64,000 bases of DNA from Balamuthia mandrillaris (taxonomy: Eukaryota), in NCBI GenBank assembly GCA_031835245.2, contig JAVKOQ020000001.1:186001-250000 (forward strand). The letters run 5' to 3'. Below are positions 38,540 to 53,168 of the stretch, piece after piece (position 1 is the first letter of the stretch; each line of letters opens with the position of its first letter). The notes under the pieces were generated by a model. The model was not told the DNA's origin. It made no database searches and saw only the letters and a list, made by a program, of their open reading frames with translations. Made by a program: the position numbers and the translations under genes.

Positions 38540-39646
38540 TTAATGAAGAGGAGGGAGAAGAATTGGGTCGGTGGAGGAACAGCTATCTTGGCCATGTCCC
38601 TCCATGTTATGAGGGCAACTTATGATGGCACCCTCTTTGTCAAGACACATGGTCAGCTCCACAAGGATCTGGCCAGCGGAATGTTTCTCAGAGCGGCAGT
38701 GGAGGAGAGGTGCCTCTCCGTAGGCCGACTTGATGGCTCCCTTAATCTGTGCAGCGGTGTATGTTTTGTGCGAAGATGGCTCTATTGCTGTTTCGGTTTA
38801 AAACAGACACGATGTTAAATGAAAACTCATAAGAGAAGGAGGAAGGGGGTAGTACAGCGAGCATCCAAAGCGGGCTTAATATCGTACAAGGCCCTGTAGT
38901 TGAGGGCTTCGTTGAAGAACTTGTATTGGGTATCGTAGGTCTTGTCACTCTGAGCGCAGGTGCCATGCTTGTCCCATTCGTGCCCCCAGAAGGTGAACTG
39001 CTCGCTGCCGCCACTGTAAAGGTCGGCCCAATACTTGGTGAGGTTGGGAATGAGGTCCATGATGGCGCCCTTGTTGAAGGGGTCCGACTTGTTGCAGAGT
39101 TCCGGCCAACTTTTTTTTAAAGGTTCCATAGTGGCAGGAGGGAGATTGGAGTTGATGAAAGAGAAAAGAAGGTTAGGGAAGACGACTACGCCTATTCGTC
39201 CATTGAAGTTGTTCTTCCTCCTCTTTTTTTCTTTTCGTGTTTGCGGTGTTTGGTTTTCTTTTCCCCTCATCTCTCCCCTTCTTTTAAAAGAGAAGAAGGA
39301 AGGACAAACCCTCCCTCAAGCCGCTGGGGCCACAGGCCGTGGAGAGTCCAGTAGTCCAAGCTCGGGTTAACTTTGCAAGAGTGCATAGAGCATACACTGC
39401 CAGCCCATTGCTGCACCAGCAACAAAAAGTTCCAGCTATGATCGTTACCCCCAGGGAGCATCGCAGAGGGAACTCGTGGTTCCACTACGTTTACCTTTGT
39501 TTTTGTGTGAGCTTCCACTTCACCGTCCATCGGAAGAGGAGGGAGGGAGAGGGAGAGACCTTGGCGGCAGTGCAAAACTGCAAGAAGGAGACCATCAAAA
39601 CGGCCGAAACGACCACTCGGAAGAAGTTGCCAGCAAAAGCTCCCAT
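38540..39646 (-). CDS. Ribonuclease T2 family, secreted (spliced)
   Basis: Hydrophobic N-terminus, CAS I WTLHGLWP, CAS II FWGHEWDKHGTCA. Confidence 0.95.
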
Positions 39647-40498
39647 TTCGTCTCTGCATCGGTAAAAACAATGAGAGTGGTTAACTCCGGTGCGAGCGAT
39701 TTGGTGGTGAAACTCATTCTTGCTTTTTCTCCCACAAGAGCCCTTTCGGGCCAAAATCTCTTTCCTTGCCAAAACCCCATTCGTGTAGCAAACACAAATC
39801 ATGAAAACAAACAAAAACAGCAAACAAAAATAAAATAAAAATCCTGTTTGTTTTGCTTTGCTTTACTTAGTTTCTACGAGTGTGTGATTTGGTTGATGAT
39901 CGATTTGGATTGGTTTTGGTTGTTTGTTGATTTTCTTCTTCTGCTTGTTTGTTTTTGTGGTTGTGGGCACACAACAACAAAAGAGAGGGAGGCAGGTGGA
40001 GGGCAAGGTCACACCCGAGAAACGAAAATTTGATAGAAACAAACTCGAAAGAGAGCAGAGAACCACAAATAGGAAAAACACGCACCACCACCACCCGACC
40101 TGACAAACGTGACACCAACAAAAACAAGAGCAAAAAAAAAAAAAAAGACACACACCACAAAATATAACGGTCGAAAAAAAAAAGGGTAGGGGGGGGGGGA
40201 AAGGCGGTGCGTAACGGTGTACTTACTTGCCTTTACGCTTTCGGCAAGAAATAAAATAAAAGGGGTGTCGCTGTTGGGGGAGAACCGGGGAAGCGGTGTC
40301 AGAGAGAACCACCAAAAGAAAAAAATCAGAACAAAAAGCCGGAGCGCACCCGTTGAATGAGAGACCCTGTGTTAATTGTTGAGTTGTTTTGTGCGGTGGT
40401 GAAGAAAGAAAAAGAAAAAGAAAAAAAAAGGAGAGAAAAAAAAAATAAAAGAAACAGAGAGAAGAATTTGCTTTCCTTTTTGTGAGCAGCGAGGTTGC

Positions 40499-40670
40499 GT
40501 AATCGTACATCAGCACGACAATCCCACCAATCAGACGTCCGTTGAATCAGAGAGACTTGGGTAATTGTGCGATAAAGAAAGAAAAAAAGAGAAACGAAAG
40601 AATAATTTGCTTTCCTTCTTGTTGTGTTTAGTAATCGTACATCAGCACGACAATCCCACCAATCAGACGT
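40499..40670. repeat. Intergenic direct repeat with a 40-bp identical core
   Basis: GTAATCGTACATCAGCACGACAATCCCACCAATCAGACGT at 40499-40538 and 40631-40670. Confidence 0.9.
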
Positions 40671-40757
40671 TGGAAAGCTCCCTATTATTGTGATGTGCGT
40701 AATGCCAAAGGGGCTAAACACAAAGGTTGTTACCGGAGAAACGGAGCAGCTTTTTTT

Positions 40758-43700
40758 CTACTTCTCCTGCTCCGTTTTGGTCCATCTCTTCAACCAGCCA
40801 GAAATATGGTGGTGTTCTCTCTTCAACCACTCACTGTTAGCTTTTATCTTCTCCAACGATTGAGTAACCGCACGTTTCGCTGTAGGTTATTAGAATATTA
40901 AATGTTGGTGAGTCATCAACATGAGAGTGAGAGTGAGAGAGAGGAGAGAGGGAGAGGAGAGAGGAGAGAGGAGAGAGAGAGAGGATTTATACCAGCAGCC
41001 ACTTCGCGCTTCTCAAAGAAGGATTTGATCTCCTCGGCTTTTTCGTCGCTGCTGAAGACGGAAATGGTCGATGATACCAGACGTGACAGCAAGAAACCTC
41101 CAGAGAAGCGAGAGTAAAGCTCATCCCAATGCTCTTGCACAAACTCCCAAGCCTGCTCACACACGTTATAATGAAAGAAGAAGTAAAGCAGAGGAAAAAA
41201 AAAAACAAGAGGAAAAAGGAAAGTACCATATCTCTGCCGGCAGGGTTAGCCGCCACACCACCGATAACAAAGACAGTATCTTGAGACTTGACCTCGTTGG
41301 AGATAGCAAATTCCAAGGTCTTCTTTAACAGATAAGGATCAGAGGCGCTGCCCAAAGAACGCATGCACCTTTCCTTCTCCTCATGCAGATCGGTCTCGCG
41401 GTATATCTTCAAGAGGGCCTCATAGGGAGTAGCATCACCATGCGGCGCATTGCTCAAAACGATTTTGTAGACGGCAGAGCGGAGGTCAGGGGAGAGCGAT
41501 GACGGGTCATTCAAGTAAACATCAAAGCGTTTTCTGGCTTCTTCGATGGTAGCTTCATCGCCTATTAATCAGATTAGGATAATAAGATGATACAGAAACG
41601 AGAGAGACAAATAAATGAGATCAAATATCAACAGAAAGTGAAGTGTTTACCGTAGCAGCCATACTTGGCAAGAGCAAGACCTCGCAAAAGAGAATCACCG
41701 TGGCTCTCCTCTGCTTTGCGGTCCCAACCAACAAGCTTGGTAACCTTTATACAACAACCAACAGCCACGTCGAGGGCAATGAGTAAATGAACAAAGAAGT
41801 TAAGAGTAAAGAAAGGCCAACAACAAACCTGGGAATACATGTGCTTGCAAAACTCTTTGAATAGAGGATAGTCTTCAGTGGCAGAGAGGATAGTGTCAAG
41901 CTCAGAAAGGTTGGTGGACAGGTCGGACCACACAGTGTAATCGTTCTCATAAAGGTAGGCGCTCAACAAAGTAAGGAAATGGGTAGTAGGTACAACGCCA
42001 GCCTTTGCTAGAGCCATGGTGTCGCCCTGAATACTCAGTCGGTCTGCAGCAGATAGCTGACGATCTTGGATTGGGGCGCGCAGGTCTTCCAGCAGCTTCA
42101 GAGAGTATTGCACTGATGTAGTGTAAGCAAATGAAGAAGAAGAAGAAGAACAAGAAGAACAAGAAGGAGAAGGAGAAGAAGGAGAAGAACAACAGCAGCA
42201 ACAACACCAACAAGAAATCAACAAGGAGAAGGAAACATTTTGATGAATAACAAACGAGTAATAATGAAGAGACTACAGTTGGCGCAGGACACAAACCTCG
42301 ATAGAATCCAGAGACGTTTGGATTTACTTTAATCCATTCGTGGGTACCTACAGCTGGAAGAGACAGAGTCGTTTCTTTTTGCTTGACAATATCGGCAAAC
42401 GCAAAGGTATCACCGCCTGAGCTTTCGGTGCTTATGGTCAGAGGTATCCACCAAGTGGTTGTATCCTTGGGATCCAACCCCGTTGATAAGAATCTCTGTT
42501 GCTTGAGAACAAAAGTGCGTTTTCCCTTTTCCTCACTCTTCTTTTCTACGATGGAAACAACAGGATAGCCATCCTACAAAAAAGTTTACATTATTGTACT
42601 GTTTTAAGAAAAGTTGGGCAACGTTAACGCACCTGTTTTGTCCAGTGGTCCATCAGTTCTTTAACGGGCTTACCAGAAGCCTCTGAAAGAGCAGCCCACA
42701 GGTCTTCCGTCAAGGCATTAGCGTACTTGTGCCTGTTAAGGTAAATGTTCAGGCCTTTCTTGAAGGCCTCTTCTCCAAGGAAGTTGGCTAACATTCTTAC
42801 GATGGAAGAGCCTTTGCTGTATGAGATAATGTCAAAGATCTCATCAATGTCAGCGGCATCAGACACCTCCACTTCCACAGGGTGAGTGCTTTTCAACGCA
42901 TCCAGGTTGAATGCACGCCCTAAGTCGGAAAATACGAATTGAGTCCAAATCTGCAGAGCATCATCAGGGTTAAAGGCTACGGACATTAATTTCAAAGAGA
43001 CGGTAAACAAATGGTACATACGTTCCACTCGGGGAAGCTAGGATAAAAATATAGCCAGGATCATAAGATTGATTAGTTCCCACAATGGAGAAAAACAAAA
43101 ACTAAGAACAGAGGAAAGAAGCACCAATAATCTACGCAAAGGTATTCAATCCAAGTTGCAAAACCTTCATTGAGCCACAGATGGGTCCACCAGTCCTATT
43201 CCAAATACAGAACATGAGACACCAAAATATCATAACTTTGTGTAACGTTATGCATACCATTGTCACTATATTTCCAAACCATTGGTGAGCAAGTTCATGG
43301 CCTACCACAAGCGCCACCTTACGCAAAAATCAAAAAAAAAAAAAACACATACATCAGGAGAAGTGAGAATGATAAAAGCAATCAGAGCACAGCCGTTGAT
43401 GGAAACAGGAAGCAAACGTACCCATTGGCGAGTATGCGCGGAGGAACTTTCAGGGTCAACAAGCAAGGCAGTCTCGCGATAGGTTATAAGGCCCCAGTTC
43501 TCCATAGCTCCAGCCGCAAAGTCTTTAAAAAATGAAATAAAAGAGAAGGGCGTTACAATAAAGTACTGGTTTAATCGTGCAGCGTAAGCAACTCAAGCAA
43601 ACCTGGAATGGCGATCAGATCACACTTGGGCAAAGGATACGATATCTTGAAGTAATCTTTACGGATAGAGAGCCGAAACTATCAATAAAAAAAATTAAAA

Positions 43701-44816
43701 AAAATAGGGTAGGAGAGCGTGTACCCTCATAGAAAGGCAAAGTCTTGACAGCAACGTCAAGACCAAAGCGGCCTTGCTCTTTCTTACCCTTTGGTGTGTA
43801 TACACGCACAACCACGCCACTACATTACAGTATTATTAACACTCGAGTTTGCTCCTCTCCCTCTCAGTGCTCTCTCCTTCTCTCTCCTCGCACTCTCCTC
43901 TCTCTCTCCCTCTCTCTTGCTTGCTCTCTCGTTTAAAACGTACTTTGTAGTTGTGTCCTCGAGGTAGTCAAACTCGCCAACTACAAAGGCCAAAAGGTAA
44001 GTTGACATAATGGGCGTGGTTGCGAATTTGACTGTCTTGAATTCGCCTTCCTGTACTTTATCAATGAGAGGCATGTTCGACAACACATCAAAGTGGTTAA
44101 GAGCCGTGATGGTCACATCAAACGTCGCTTTCAAAGCAGGCTCGTCCCAACAAGGGAACGCTCGTCTAGCATCGGTTGCCTTCATTTACAAAAAACCAAT
44201 AAGTTGAACAACAAGATGGAGAACAGAGAGAAGGGGAGAATCCACAAACCTCGAATTGGGTGACAGCCATGAAGGCCTCTTCACCTTTGGCGTTGGTATA
44301 CTTGCTGCGATAGAATCTGCAGAAGAGGAGAGGTAAGCCATGGCAAGGATGAGAGGGTAAGAGAAGATGAAACCAAACCCTTTCATCTTGTCGTTAAGAA
44401 TGCCAGTGAAACGCATGGTGAGGAGGCCCTCTCCAACTTGGAGCGCTTTCTCGAAGGAAAGTGTGGCGATTTCCTTCTTCTCGTCGTAGGCGATGTGCTT
44501 GGCGCTAAGCGGGTCTCTTCCCTGTTCAGTGCTAAAGGAGGCAGACTGGATGACCAGCTCAGCAGCGTTAACGGTAATCACGTCCGTGTCCTCCACGACT
44601 TGCAGCTTCACGGTCACTGAGCCACTGATGTGGAAAAGAGTAGCGTAAAACATTCGAATGAGTTGATCTGTGTATTTTTCAAATAGCAATTGAACGAAAA
44701 GCAAACCTAAAAGTGTGCAGAGCAAGATCAGGTTTGAGCTTCAGGTCGTAGTGGGAGGGCCTCACATTCTTGGGCAAGACCACCCTCGTTTGCGCAGCAG
44801 CAGCGTTTCCTTCCAT
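40758..44816 (-). CDS. M1 aminopeptidase, puromycin-sensitive type (spliced)
   Basis: [42 protein letters not shown]1-like C-terminus. Confidence 0.95.
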
Positions 44817-45258
44817 ATCGTTTCTCCTTTTTCCCGAAGAACGTACCCTCTGGACTTTTAATCCAGACCCGTCTACAAATAATCTTGTACAACCTTCCCT
44901 ATGAAATTCTGTCCAAATCACTTCCCTAATGCTCACACTCACTCATTCGGGAAATTTCTCCTTTCATTTCACTTTTTGTTTTTGTCGACGACGTTCGTCT
45001 TTTAGACTCCTCCGGCAGAAATTGGCATTCTCATCTCCTCTCTTTCTCCTCTCTCATCTCCGCAAGAGAGTTGGCCTCAGCTGAGAGAGAGAAGAAAAGG
45101 CCCACGTCACCCCAGCAAACCCCGATGACGTGGGATAGGAGGACCCTGCACGGCTGCTGCAATACCCCTGGTCAGGAATGAGTAGCAGCTTGCTCCGCAC
45201 TTGTGTGCCCTTCCCTTCCACCCCCACCGCCACCAACAAAGGTTTGGTTTCTCTTCCC

Positions 45259-45296
<38 letters not shown>

Positions 45297-45402
45297 GTTC
45301 TTCTTCTACTTCCCTCCACACTCTCCCGCCGCCCGCTGTCATGCACCACCACACCAAAACAAAACGTACGATGATTAACGTGAGGGAGGAAAAAAAAAAA
45401 GG

Positions 45403-46966
45403 ATGGAAGAGAGTAGTACGCGCAGCAGACGGCTGGACGAGTATTTCAGGGACACGCCCATGTTCCCCAGAGTGGAAGAAGGAAGGGGGCGCTTTCTTGT
45501 CAGCAGGCGCTTGATCAGGAAGGGTGAGGTGCTGCTTGTAGCGCAACCATACGCCATCGCTTGCAAGCAGGTTAGTAGCAGAAACACAAATGGCAACCAA
45601 GCGTCACTCACCGCAGCGAAAAGGTCCAAACAACCTGCGCCTACTGCTTGCGCCATTGCGACAACTTGGACGGGAGTGCTGCTCCGATGAGAGCCCATTG
45701 CGCGGGGTGCAAGGCGGCTTGGTATTGCAATGCTACTGAGAAGGCAATGGACTGGGAGGAAGGACATCACCTCGAGTGTCAATGGTTCAAACGCATCCGT
45801 GAATACACAGGTACACTACCTCTCTGTATTGTAGTCCACGAGTTGGTGATGATTGCTAACCTCTGCTCTGAGATGGTAACAAAAGCGCTCGCGTTGGCAA
45901 CAAACAGGCTCAAGCGCTTAGTTCCTTCGAAGAGGCGGAACTCCGCCTGTTGGTGAAATGCCTGCGGCAGCGTTTTCTTGAGACCATGAAAACCAACCAA
46001 CAACACCATGAGCAACGCTGCTTCTCACGGTGTCATAATACTTTGAGAAGTGAGGGCGGCAGTAAGGATGGAGACCATTCCTCCGCTCTTGACTTACGTT
46101 TTGCCGATTTGCAGATGTTATGGTCCAACTCGGATAGCATCAGCAAGGAGGACGCCGAAAGGTGGACTACCATCCTTCAGCATGTTTTTGGCACTCAAGC
46201 ATCCACAAACCAACAGAGGATGAATAAGGCTAGAAGACGGAATAATCACTATGGAGGCTCCTCCGTTTTGTCTTTGGAGCACCATGACCTTCTTGAATTG
46301 TTATCAAAGGACTTTTGCAATGGTTTTGCTCTTCGGAATAGGGAAGGTGGTGCCTATGCGTTTGGCAGCTATCCCTCTGCCTCTTACTTTAATCATTCCT
46401 GGTTGGATCCTTTTCTCTCCTTTCTCCTCTCCATCTTAGCCCTGGTTAGCTTATCTTGTGTTTGATGACCATCAACAAAGCAATGCCAATGCCTGTCGGA
46501 TACAAGGGCATATATACGACAAAAGAGACGAAATCCTACCGTATGCATACGCATGGTATTGCTCCTTTCCTTCTTATGCAGTTCTTTGTTTTTAATGTTT
46601 TAGAACTCTCACATATTAATGACCAAACAAAGCCTTCGATTTGTAGCATTAAGAGATATCCAACCAGAAGAAGAGATCACGATAAGCTATCTGAATCCCA
46701 CGTTACCGTTGGAAGCTCGACGCTCCTATCTGTCCACTCTCTACTTCTTCAAGTGCGATTGTGAGCTTTGCCGCTACCAACAACACCAACAGCTGGGAGG
46801 GAAGGAAAAGGAGGAGATCAGCAACAAGAGCGAGTTCTTTTATGCTTCCATGGCTTGCGGACAGTGCCACGGGAGGGGTGTGCTCTATCCCAAGCCTTTG
46901 CAACCGTCCAGTTCGATTATACAAGAATGGCGTTACACTTGCAATATTTGTGGCCGTGAAACCTGA
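45403..46966 (+). CDS. SET-MYND (SMYD-like) methyltransferase (spliced)
   Basis: GRGRFLV...IRKGEVL, MYND cysteines (CAGCK..WYC...HHLEC), ASYFNHS, IQPEEEITISY, YFFKCDCELC. Confidence 0.9.
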
Positions 46967-47149
46967 TATTCGATAACGTGGTTGGAGAACGTTGTGGTAG
47001 GATTATATCCACTGACATAAGAAAAACAAATCGCCACCGCCAGTCGTAAACAACATGTAATGACGCACTGATCTCAACGAAAGCCAATTGGTTTCGGCAC
47101 AACACGGTGGACATACCGCGAACATTCAAAGGGATGCCACTGAATGATG

Positions 47150-50100
47150 AAACCTCAAGTCAGAAAGTATTTCCTGTTGGTTACTCCTCGGAGCATCTGT
47201 AGCGACGCCGTCAAGGAAACTTTCTCCTTGTTCCTTCTTCAGGCCTACGCTCCTCAACAAGGCAGGGAATTCCGGTTCTGTTAGGTCTGCCTCTGCGATC
47301 CTCCAAGGGCTCCGATAAGACCTAGGGCAAGTGAGAGAAGAAATCTACTATACAAGTATTTGTTGTGGCACATAACCTCATTGTTTTCGCCTACTGTCAG
47401 CTGCCATTGGTCGCGTGCTGGTGATGGAGTTGAGGAAGAGCTGTGTTAGCATTGCTGCTTTGCCGGGTGCGGAAGTAGTAAGGGATAGTAGGCGGATGTC
47501 GGAGGTACCGTGGGTGGTGGGCAGCGGAGGGAGTTGGTGTTGTTGGCCTTGTAGTGCAATTAAAGTGAGGTGAAAAAGTGAGGCCAGGCCTGGAGAAGGG
47601 AAACTGCACGCTTCTGTTTTATTGTACAACAAGTATGAATGGCGTCAGAGGAGTAAGATTCAGGAGGAAAGGGCAGGCCTATTTCGTTTGCCAATGCGCC
47701 TGTTCCATTGGGGTGAGGGGCACTCTTCCAGCTCCGCTTCTTCCCGTAAAGTTGTCTCCGCAAAGTAACTCCATCCGGTGTGCCCTATTTTTGTTAAAAC
47801 ATTTTGTGAAAGGTGAATAATTGAGAAAAAGAAGAAGGGAGGATTATAAAGGCACTCAACCTGATATAACATTTTTGACAGCATCTTCATTGTGTGCGAC
47901 TTTAACGATAACACGAGCTAACGTAACAATGGCTGCCATATTGGGATTTCGTGCGCCTCTTCCTTTGCTTTGGCTAGTAAAACGCAGAGCAGAGAAATGA
48001 AGGACGAAGCCAAAGAGAGAAAAATCAACAGATTAAAAGTGGATACAAAAGTTAACATCTGCGCATAATGATTGGTAATGAAAGGATGAATACCATAGAA
48101 GATTGTTTTCTCTGTTTGCTGCCACGATCCGGTCCAACAATTTATGTTCTTTGAGGATCTGCAAACAGCGAAACAAAAAACCAGAAAAAACAAGAAAAAG
48201 AAAAAAAAAGGCGTAGACCAAGTTAGCAAGTTGACGATCTTAAGGAAAAAAAGTCAAAGGCCACGAACACTGCATTTTAGAGTAACCAACTCCTTGTGGA
48301 AAAAAACGCTTCGAAAGAGTGTAGTAACAGCATTGTGAAGTACGTTGTTGTTGTGGTTGTTGAACAGGAGATCCATGACCACTTCCCAGAAATTGCATTG
48401 AGACAAACAGGTGAAGAAACGTTGGCGAATGGCACCGGGAACAAAGGAAGAGAGTAAGTGATTAAACACCAACCCCATAAAGCGGGTAGCCTTATATCGG
48501 GTGAGACCGCTCTGGCTTGACGAAGAGCCGCCAGAGATTATGCTGAGTAATAAGTGCAGATTCTCGGTCAGGGCGCTGAACAAGCGATCAGTTAACTGAG
48601 TGCTATCTTCTCCACCTTGTTTTTTTCGTACAGCTCTGGCTTTTTCTAACCGCTCCTTCCCAGTGAGGAGGGGAGGTACCGCTAGCCTATTTGCATCATT
48701 CTTTCGCCGCAACCTGGAACTTTGTTGCTGCTGTGGTGTCACAAACTTATCCTCCTCCTTTTGTTTTTCCTTAGCTACCGGCTGTTTTTCGCCATTTGCC
48801 TCGTCTTCATCCCTCTCTGTCACTTCTTTATATTCGCTTTCTCTTTGCTCAATTTCCTGTAGTACGACTGTAGTCTTCTCTGCCACGGCGTTGGGTTGCT
48901 CCTTCAATTTGGCCATGACCGTGGCCTCTACTTGGGCATCTTCCTGCCGTTGCTCTGTGACCAATGCCTTCACCTTGTTAGTTTTACGGCTGCTGCTGTT
49001 GCTTGTAGACCCTTCATCTCCCCCATCCTCATCTTCATCTTCTTCAGCTCCTGGTTTGTGGCGCGGAGTGTGCACAACGATATTGAGTCCACTTCCCTCT
49101 TGTTGTTCTACTAACACGCCGCCACCGTTGCCACTGCCCGTCGAGTTGAGGGGTGGAACTGGAGTCGCATTGTGCTGCTGCCGTTCCCAGTCGTAGAGTA
49201 ACAATTCCTCCATTATCTCAAGGCCTTCACAGACGACAACGCTATTCTAATGATTTGCAAGTCCATATTAAAAAAAACACACACACGCACCACACACATG
49301 CAAATAAGAGCAGGACCCACCTTATGTGATAAAACTGCCGAGATAAAAGGCTTCAATCTTTCGGTGCTAACTAACTCAAGAAACAACGAAGGAGAGGGCA
49401 TTCTTTTCTTGATATGTCGCTTGGCAAAAATAATGATCTCTTTGTAAATAGCCGCAGCATGCTCAGTCACAACATCGTGCTGTCGTGCGTCGAGCTCTTC
49501 CTCCATTTCCACAATTTCTCTAGGCGTGCTGTTGGCTGGTTTTCTGGGTTCCTGCAAAATGCGATCCAGCAACCCGCTCACAAAATTTCCTTCTATTAAC
49601 CACTTGAAGAGAGTCAGAAGAAAAGTTTCCAGAAAAAAGAAGAGAAAATGGTGAGGGAGAAGAAATGTTGGTTTGAGAGGAAGGCACAGGGATCAAAAGC
49701 AAACCAAGTTGAACAGTTCAGCCTTTTCTGGCCGAATGCCAAACAACACGGAGCCTTTGATGACACCAAACTTGAGTTGATTTGAAGGTTGGGCAGCAAT
49801 AGGCCTACACGGAGAGATCATCGATATTGACGTTACGAGAAGGTTAAATACAGACAAGTGTTGCAGATGGCAAAGCATAGATAAGGTAAAGTCCACAGGA
49901 TCAGTTCTCACTAAATAATGGATTACCTACGGGATAATAGTTGAAAGGTGAGAGAGCGAGCGAGGGAGCGAGAGAATGAGAAAGAGAAAAGAACGGCGAA
50001 GAGAACAGAAGAAGCGCAAGAGGAAAGGGAAGAAAGAGAGCTTTTTAACGCAGGTGGTACTTTTTCTTTGGTGTGAGGCCGAAAGGCTAATATCTGGGCA

Positions 50101-50904
50101 AGGTTGGATATTTGAGGAGGAGGTGGTACGTAAGGGCTTCCCTCACAAAAGAGGCGGTGGGCTTGCTTGAAACGCGAGAAAAAGAAGGCAATCATGCCCT
50201 TCACGTTGTCTGGTGTAAAAATGCCGCCGTTGCTCACTTCGTTTCCCAAAAGCTCCACGCAAACACTTGTGTAACTGTCATGCGTAAACATTTTGGTACA
50301 ATTAAAAGTGAGCAAGGACCCTATTCCCTCTCTCCCTCTCTCTCTCTCTCTCTCTCTGTCTGTCAACAAAGCAAAGATGAAAGGTTTACGGTAATGGTTC
50401 GTCGTGATGAAAAGCAACTTGTAGAGATTGGCTGCAATAAGAGAGTGCATGCGAAGAAGGAAAGGGTCTTCCTTCGTTAACAGCTTGCCATAAGATCTCC
50501 CCAAATACAGACGGCTCGTTCAGACTTAAATGCCAAAAAGAAAATGTGAGGGAAGGGAAAGCAAAGGTAGCAGCAGAGGAGCGAGTTACGCAGTCAGAAG
50601 GTGTTGGTTGCCCAGTCGTGCTTCCCAGAGCAAATGCTCCGGTTCTACTTCCATGAAAAGGTCTTCAAAGCAAGGCCCTCCAGTTTTCTCCTGAACTTTT
50701 AGCCATTCGGTAACGTACTGGTAACCAATGCCATCTGGACGGAGCAATCGGTGATGAAAAACCCTCATTGTTAGGGAGTAAAGAATTGTTTGCAAAAAAA
50801 GAATGAGAGACTTTACCAACACGAGCGGGTGGTCTTTCCGGGATGAACTTCAAGCCGCTTGGTGTTATGATAGGATCTAACGTAAATTTGTACGAGGCCT
50901 CCAT
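47150..50904 (-). CDS. Possible SAPS/PP6 regulatory subunit-like helical protein (spliced; 3' end approximate)
   Basis: Collinear exon ORFs. FWEVVMDLLFNNHNNNVLHNAV resembles the SAPS-domain motif. Confidence 0.55.
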
Positions 50905-51410
50905 CTTTTCCCTCCTCCCGCCAAGTGCTTAACCAGTCATGTGCTATTCCCACTGAGACAAAGGGGGGAAACTGTGATCTCGGTTTTGTCTAGTACTACT
51001 ACCGCTACGGCGTTGCGAGAACAGCAAGAGCAGGGCCGTTTGTAGCGTGGTGGACTTTTTTTTTTTGCTCTTTTGGCGCTATTTATTGTCGACAACACCT
51101 CGAACAAGGAGTGCGCCATCGCGCTACCTCGGGCAGAAGTGATCATCGCATGACTGACGCGAGCGTGCTTGAAGGCTCGCTGGGTGAGGCCAAAAGGACA
51201 TGCTTTTGTGTTGAAAAATCTTCGAGCACTGCCGATGGACTTGCCAAGCGGGATCTTGGACACTACCGACTTCACGAAGCAGCCGCTAAGCAACAACCCC
51301 GGTACGCGTCCAGCCTCCTGGTCTACGCCCAGTGCCAAGTTTCCTCCTTTAAAACGCTGAAAAAAAAACAACAAAACACAAAGCAAGGTTTAAAGTTATT
51401 TATTTTAAGC

Positions 51411-53129
51411 TTAAAGTTTGTTTAATAATGTTTTACAAATTTCAAGACATTCATGAGAAATATGTTGTTCTGCTATAATGGATTGAAGCAATGATTTCAA
51501 CCCGGAATGGGACAGTATGTTCTGGCAGTGTTCTAAGCCATTTAACCAAAAATAATCAGTTCACACAAATCCAACCCAGAAAAAGAAATAGCAAGGAAAC
51601 AAAAGAGAAGGGAAAAGGAAAGGAAAAGAGAAAAGGGAAAAGAGAAGATCTTCTGAAAGGAAAGAAAAAGGACATAAAGACAAAGAAAAAGAAAAACAAA
51701 CCATAAGTTGTAAAAGTAATAAAAGTTGTTAAAACAACTTTTTGTACTTTTTCACTTTTTGCTTGAGTGACAAGTCGCAATAAAAGCTCGAATATATCAC
51801 TCTCTGCTATCATTTTACAATGTTGTTCATTGTTCATGGATAAGTAGTTAACGGCTTGCACTCCTTCTAACTGTAAAATATCAAAAGAAGATTCTAAAAG
51901 AAACTTCAATAAACCTAACCCTCCTTTTTCAATTATTTCTTCTTGTATATTTCCTATTTTTAAAGTGGTTGTGTTTGCTTGTGAATAAAAGAAAGTATAA
52001 ACGAATACAGGAAGAAAATAACATAGACAAAGAGATAATACATCCAAAAGAAAAGTGACAAAAATGAAAATATTAACAAAATAGTTAAAGTAAAAAAAAA
52101 GAAGAAAATAAAACCATTTTCTGCTGTAAGGATAGCTAGGAGTCTGCCTGCTTCTAACTGAATTCTTAAATCCTTTTCTTCTGCGCTATTTTCTTGCTTA
52201 TCTCTTGCATCGATAATAATGGCATCCTTAATCTCAATAAGAGGGGCAAGCCCCCCTGCTTCTACAAATTTGATTCTATTTTCCACTAACAAAAGGCAAA
52301 CATTAAATAAAATTTCATCAAAGCCAATATCAAAATCAACGCTTACTTACCTAAACGCATAAGACTGTTAAGGGCGAGGATGGCTGTGAATTTAACATGA
52401 GCAATGGTTGAGGGAAGTAACTCAATTAATGGCTTAAGGACTCCTTCTTCTACCATTATTTTCTTATTTTCCACTATCAAGAAACAGTAGAAATAATGGT
52501 AAGTAACAAGCTTGCGTGATAATAATTAAAAAAAGCTTGCAGAGAGAGAGAGAGAGAGAGTGAGAGAATAACTGAGAATAGCAAGGTTGCGAATGGCCCC
52601 AGTAGCAAGGTGTTGAACGCGTCCATCCTGAGAGGACAAGAGTTGGATTAAAGGAGGCAATGCTCCTCTTTTTGCGAGTTGCCTACAATGCTCATCTATT
52701 ATAGTTACTTTATTACTTTAAAGAAATCAAAATAAAAGCAGAGAGATAGAGAGAAAACAGCCAATGAAAAGTAGAGAAAAGCAAACCGTTTCGCGCCAGG
52801 TTACCAACTGTCATGGCAGCATTAAGCTGAATGTCAATATCATCAGAACTCAAAAAGTTGAGAAAAGTCTCCAAGTGTTGCAAAAAGTTGACCATGATTT
52901 CATCTTTTGGAATAAATTAAGGAAAACTGAATAAAATGTTTGACATGAAAGATGAAGTACCATGCAGCACTAGTTGTGATATGCAATTCAAGGATGCCTT
53001 TTGCACTAGGCGGTTGGTAGAGTGAGCCGCCTCCATTAATAGTTGCAAGTATTTCGGTCTGTTAAATAGCGGCTTTGTCTCCTCTTTTGGAAAGACTTGC
53101 TTGTGAAAACTGGATCGGAGAGACATATA

Positions 53130-53168
<39 letters not shown>

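Noticed and set aside
40499..40670. CRISPR-like repeat-spacer array
   Set aside because: Only two repeats, a 92-bp low-complexity spacer, no cas genes and a eukaryotic context.
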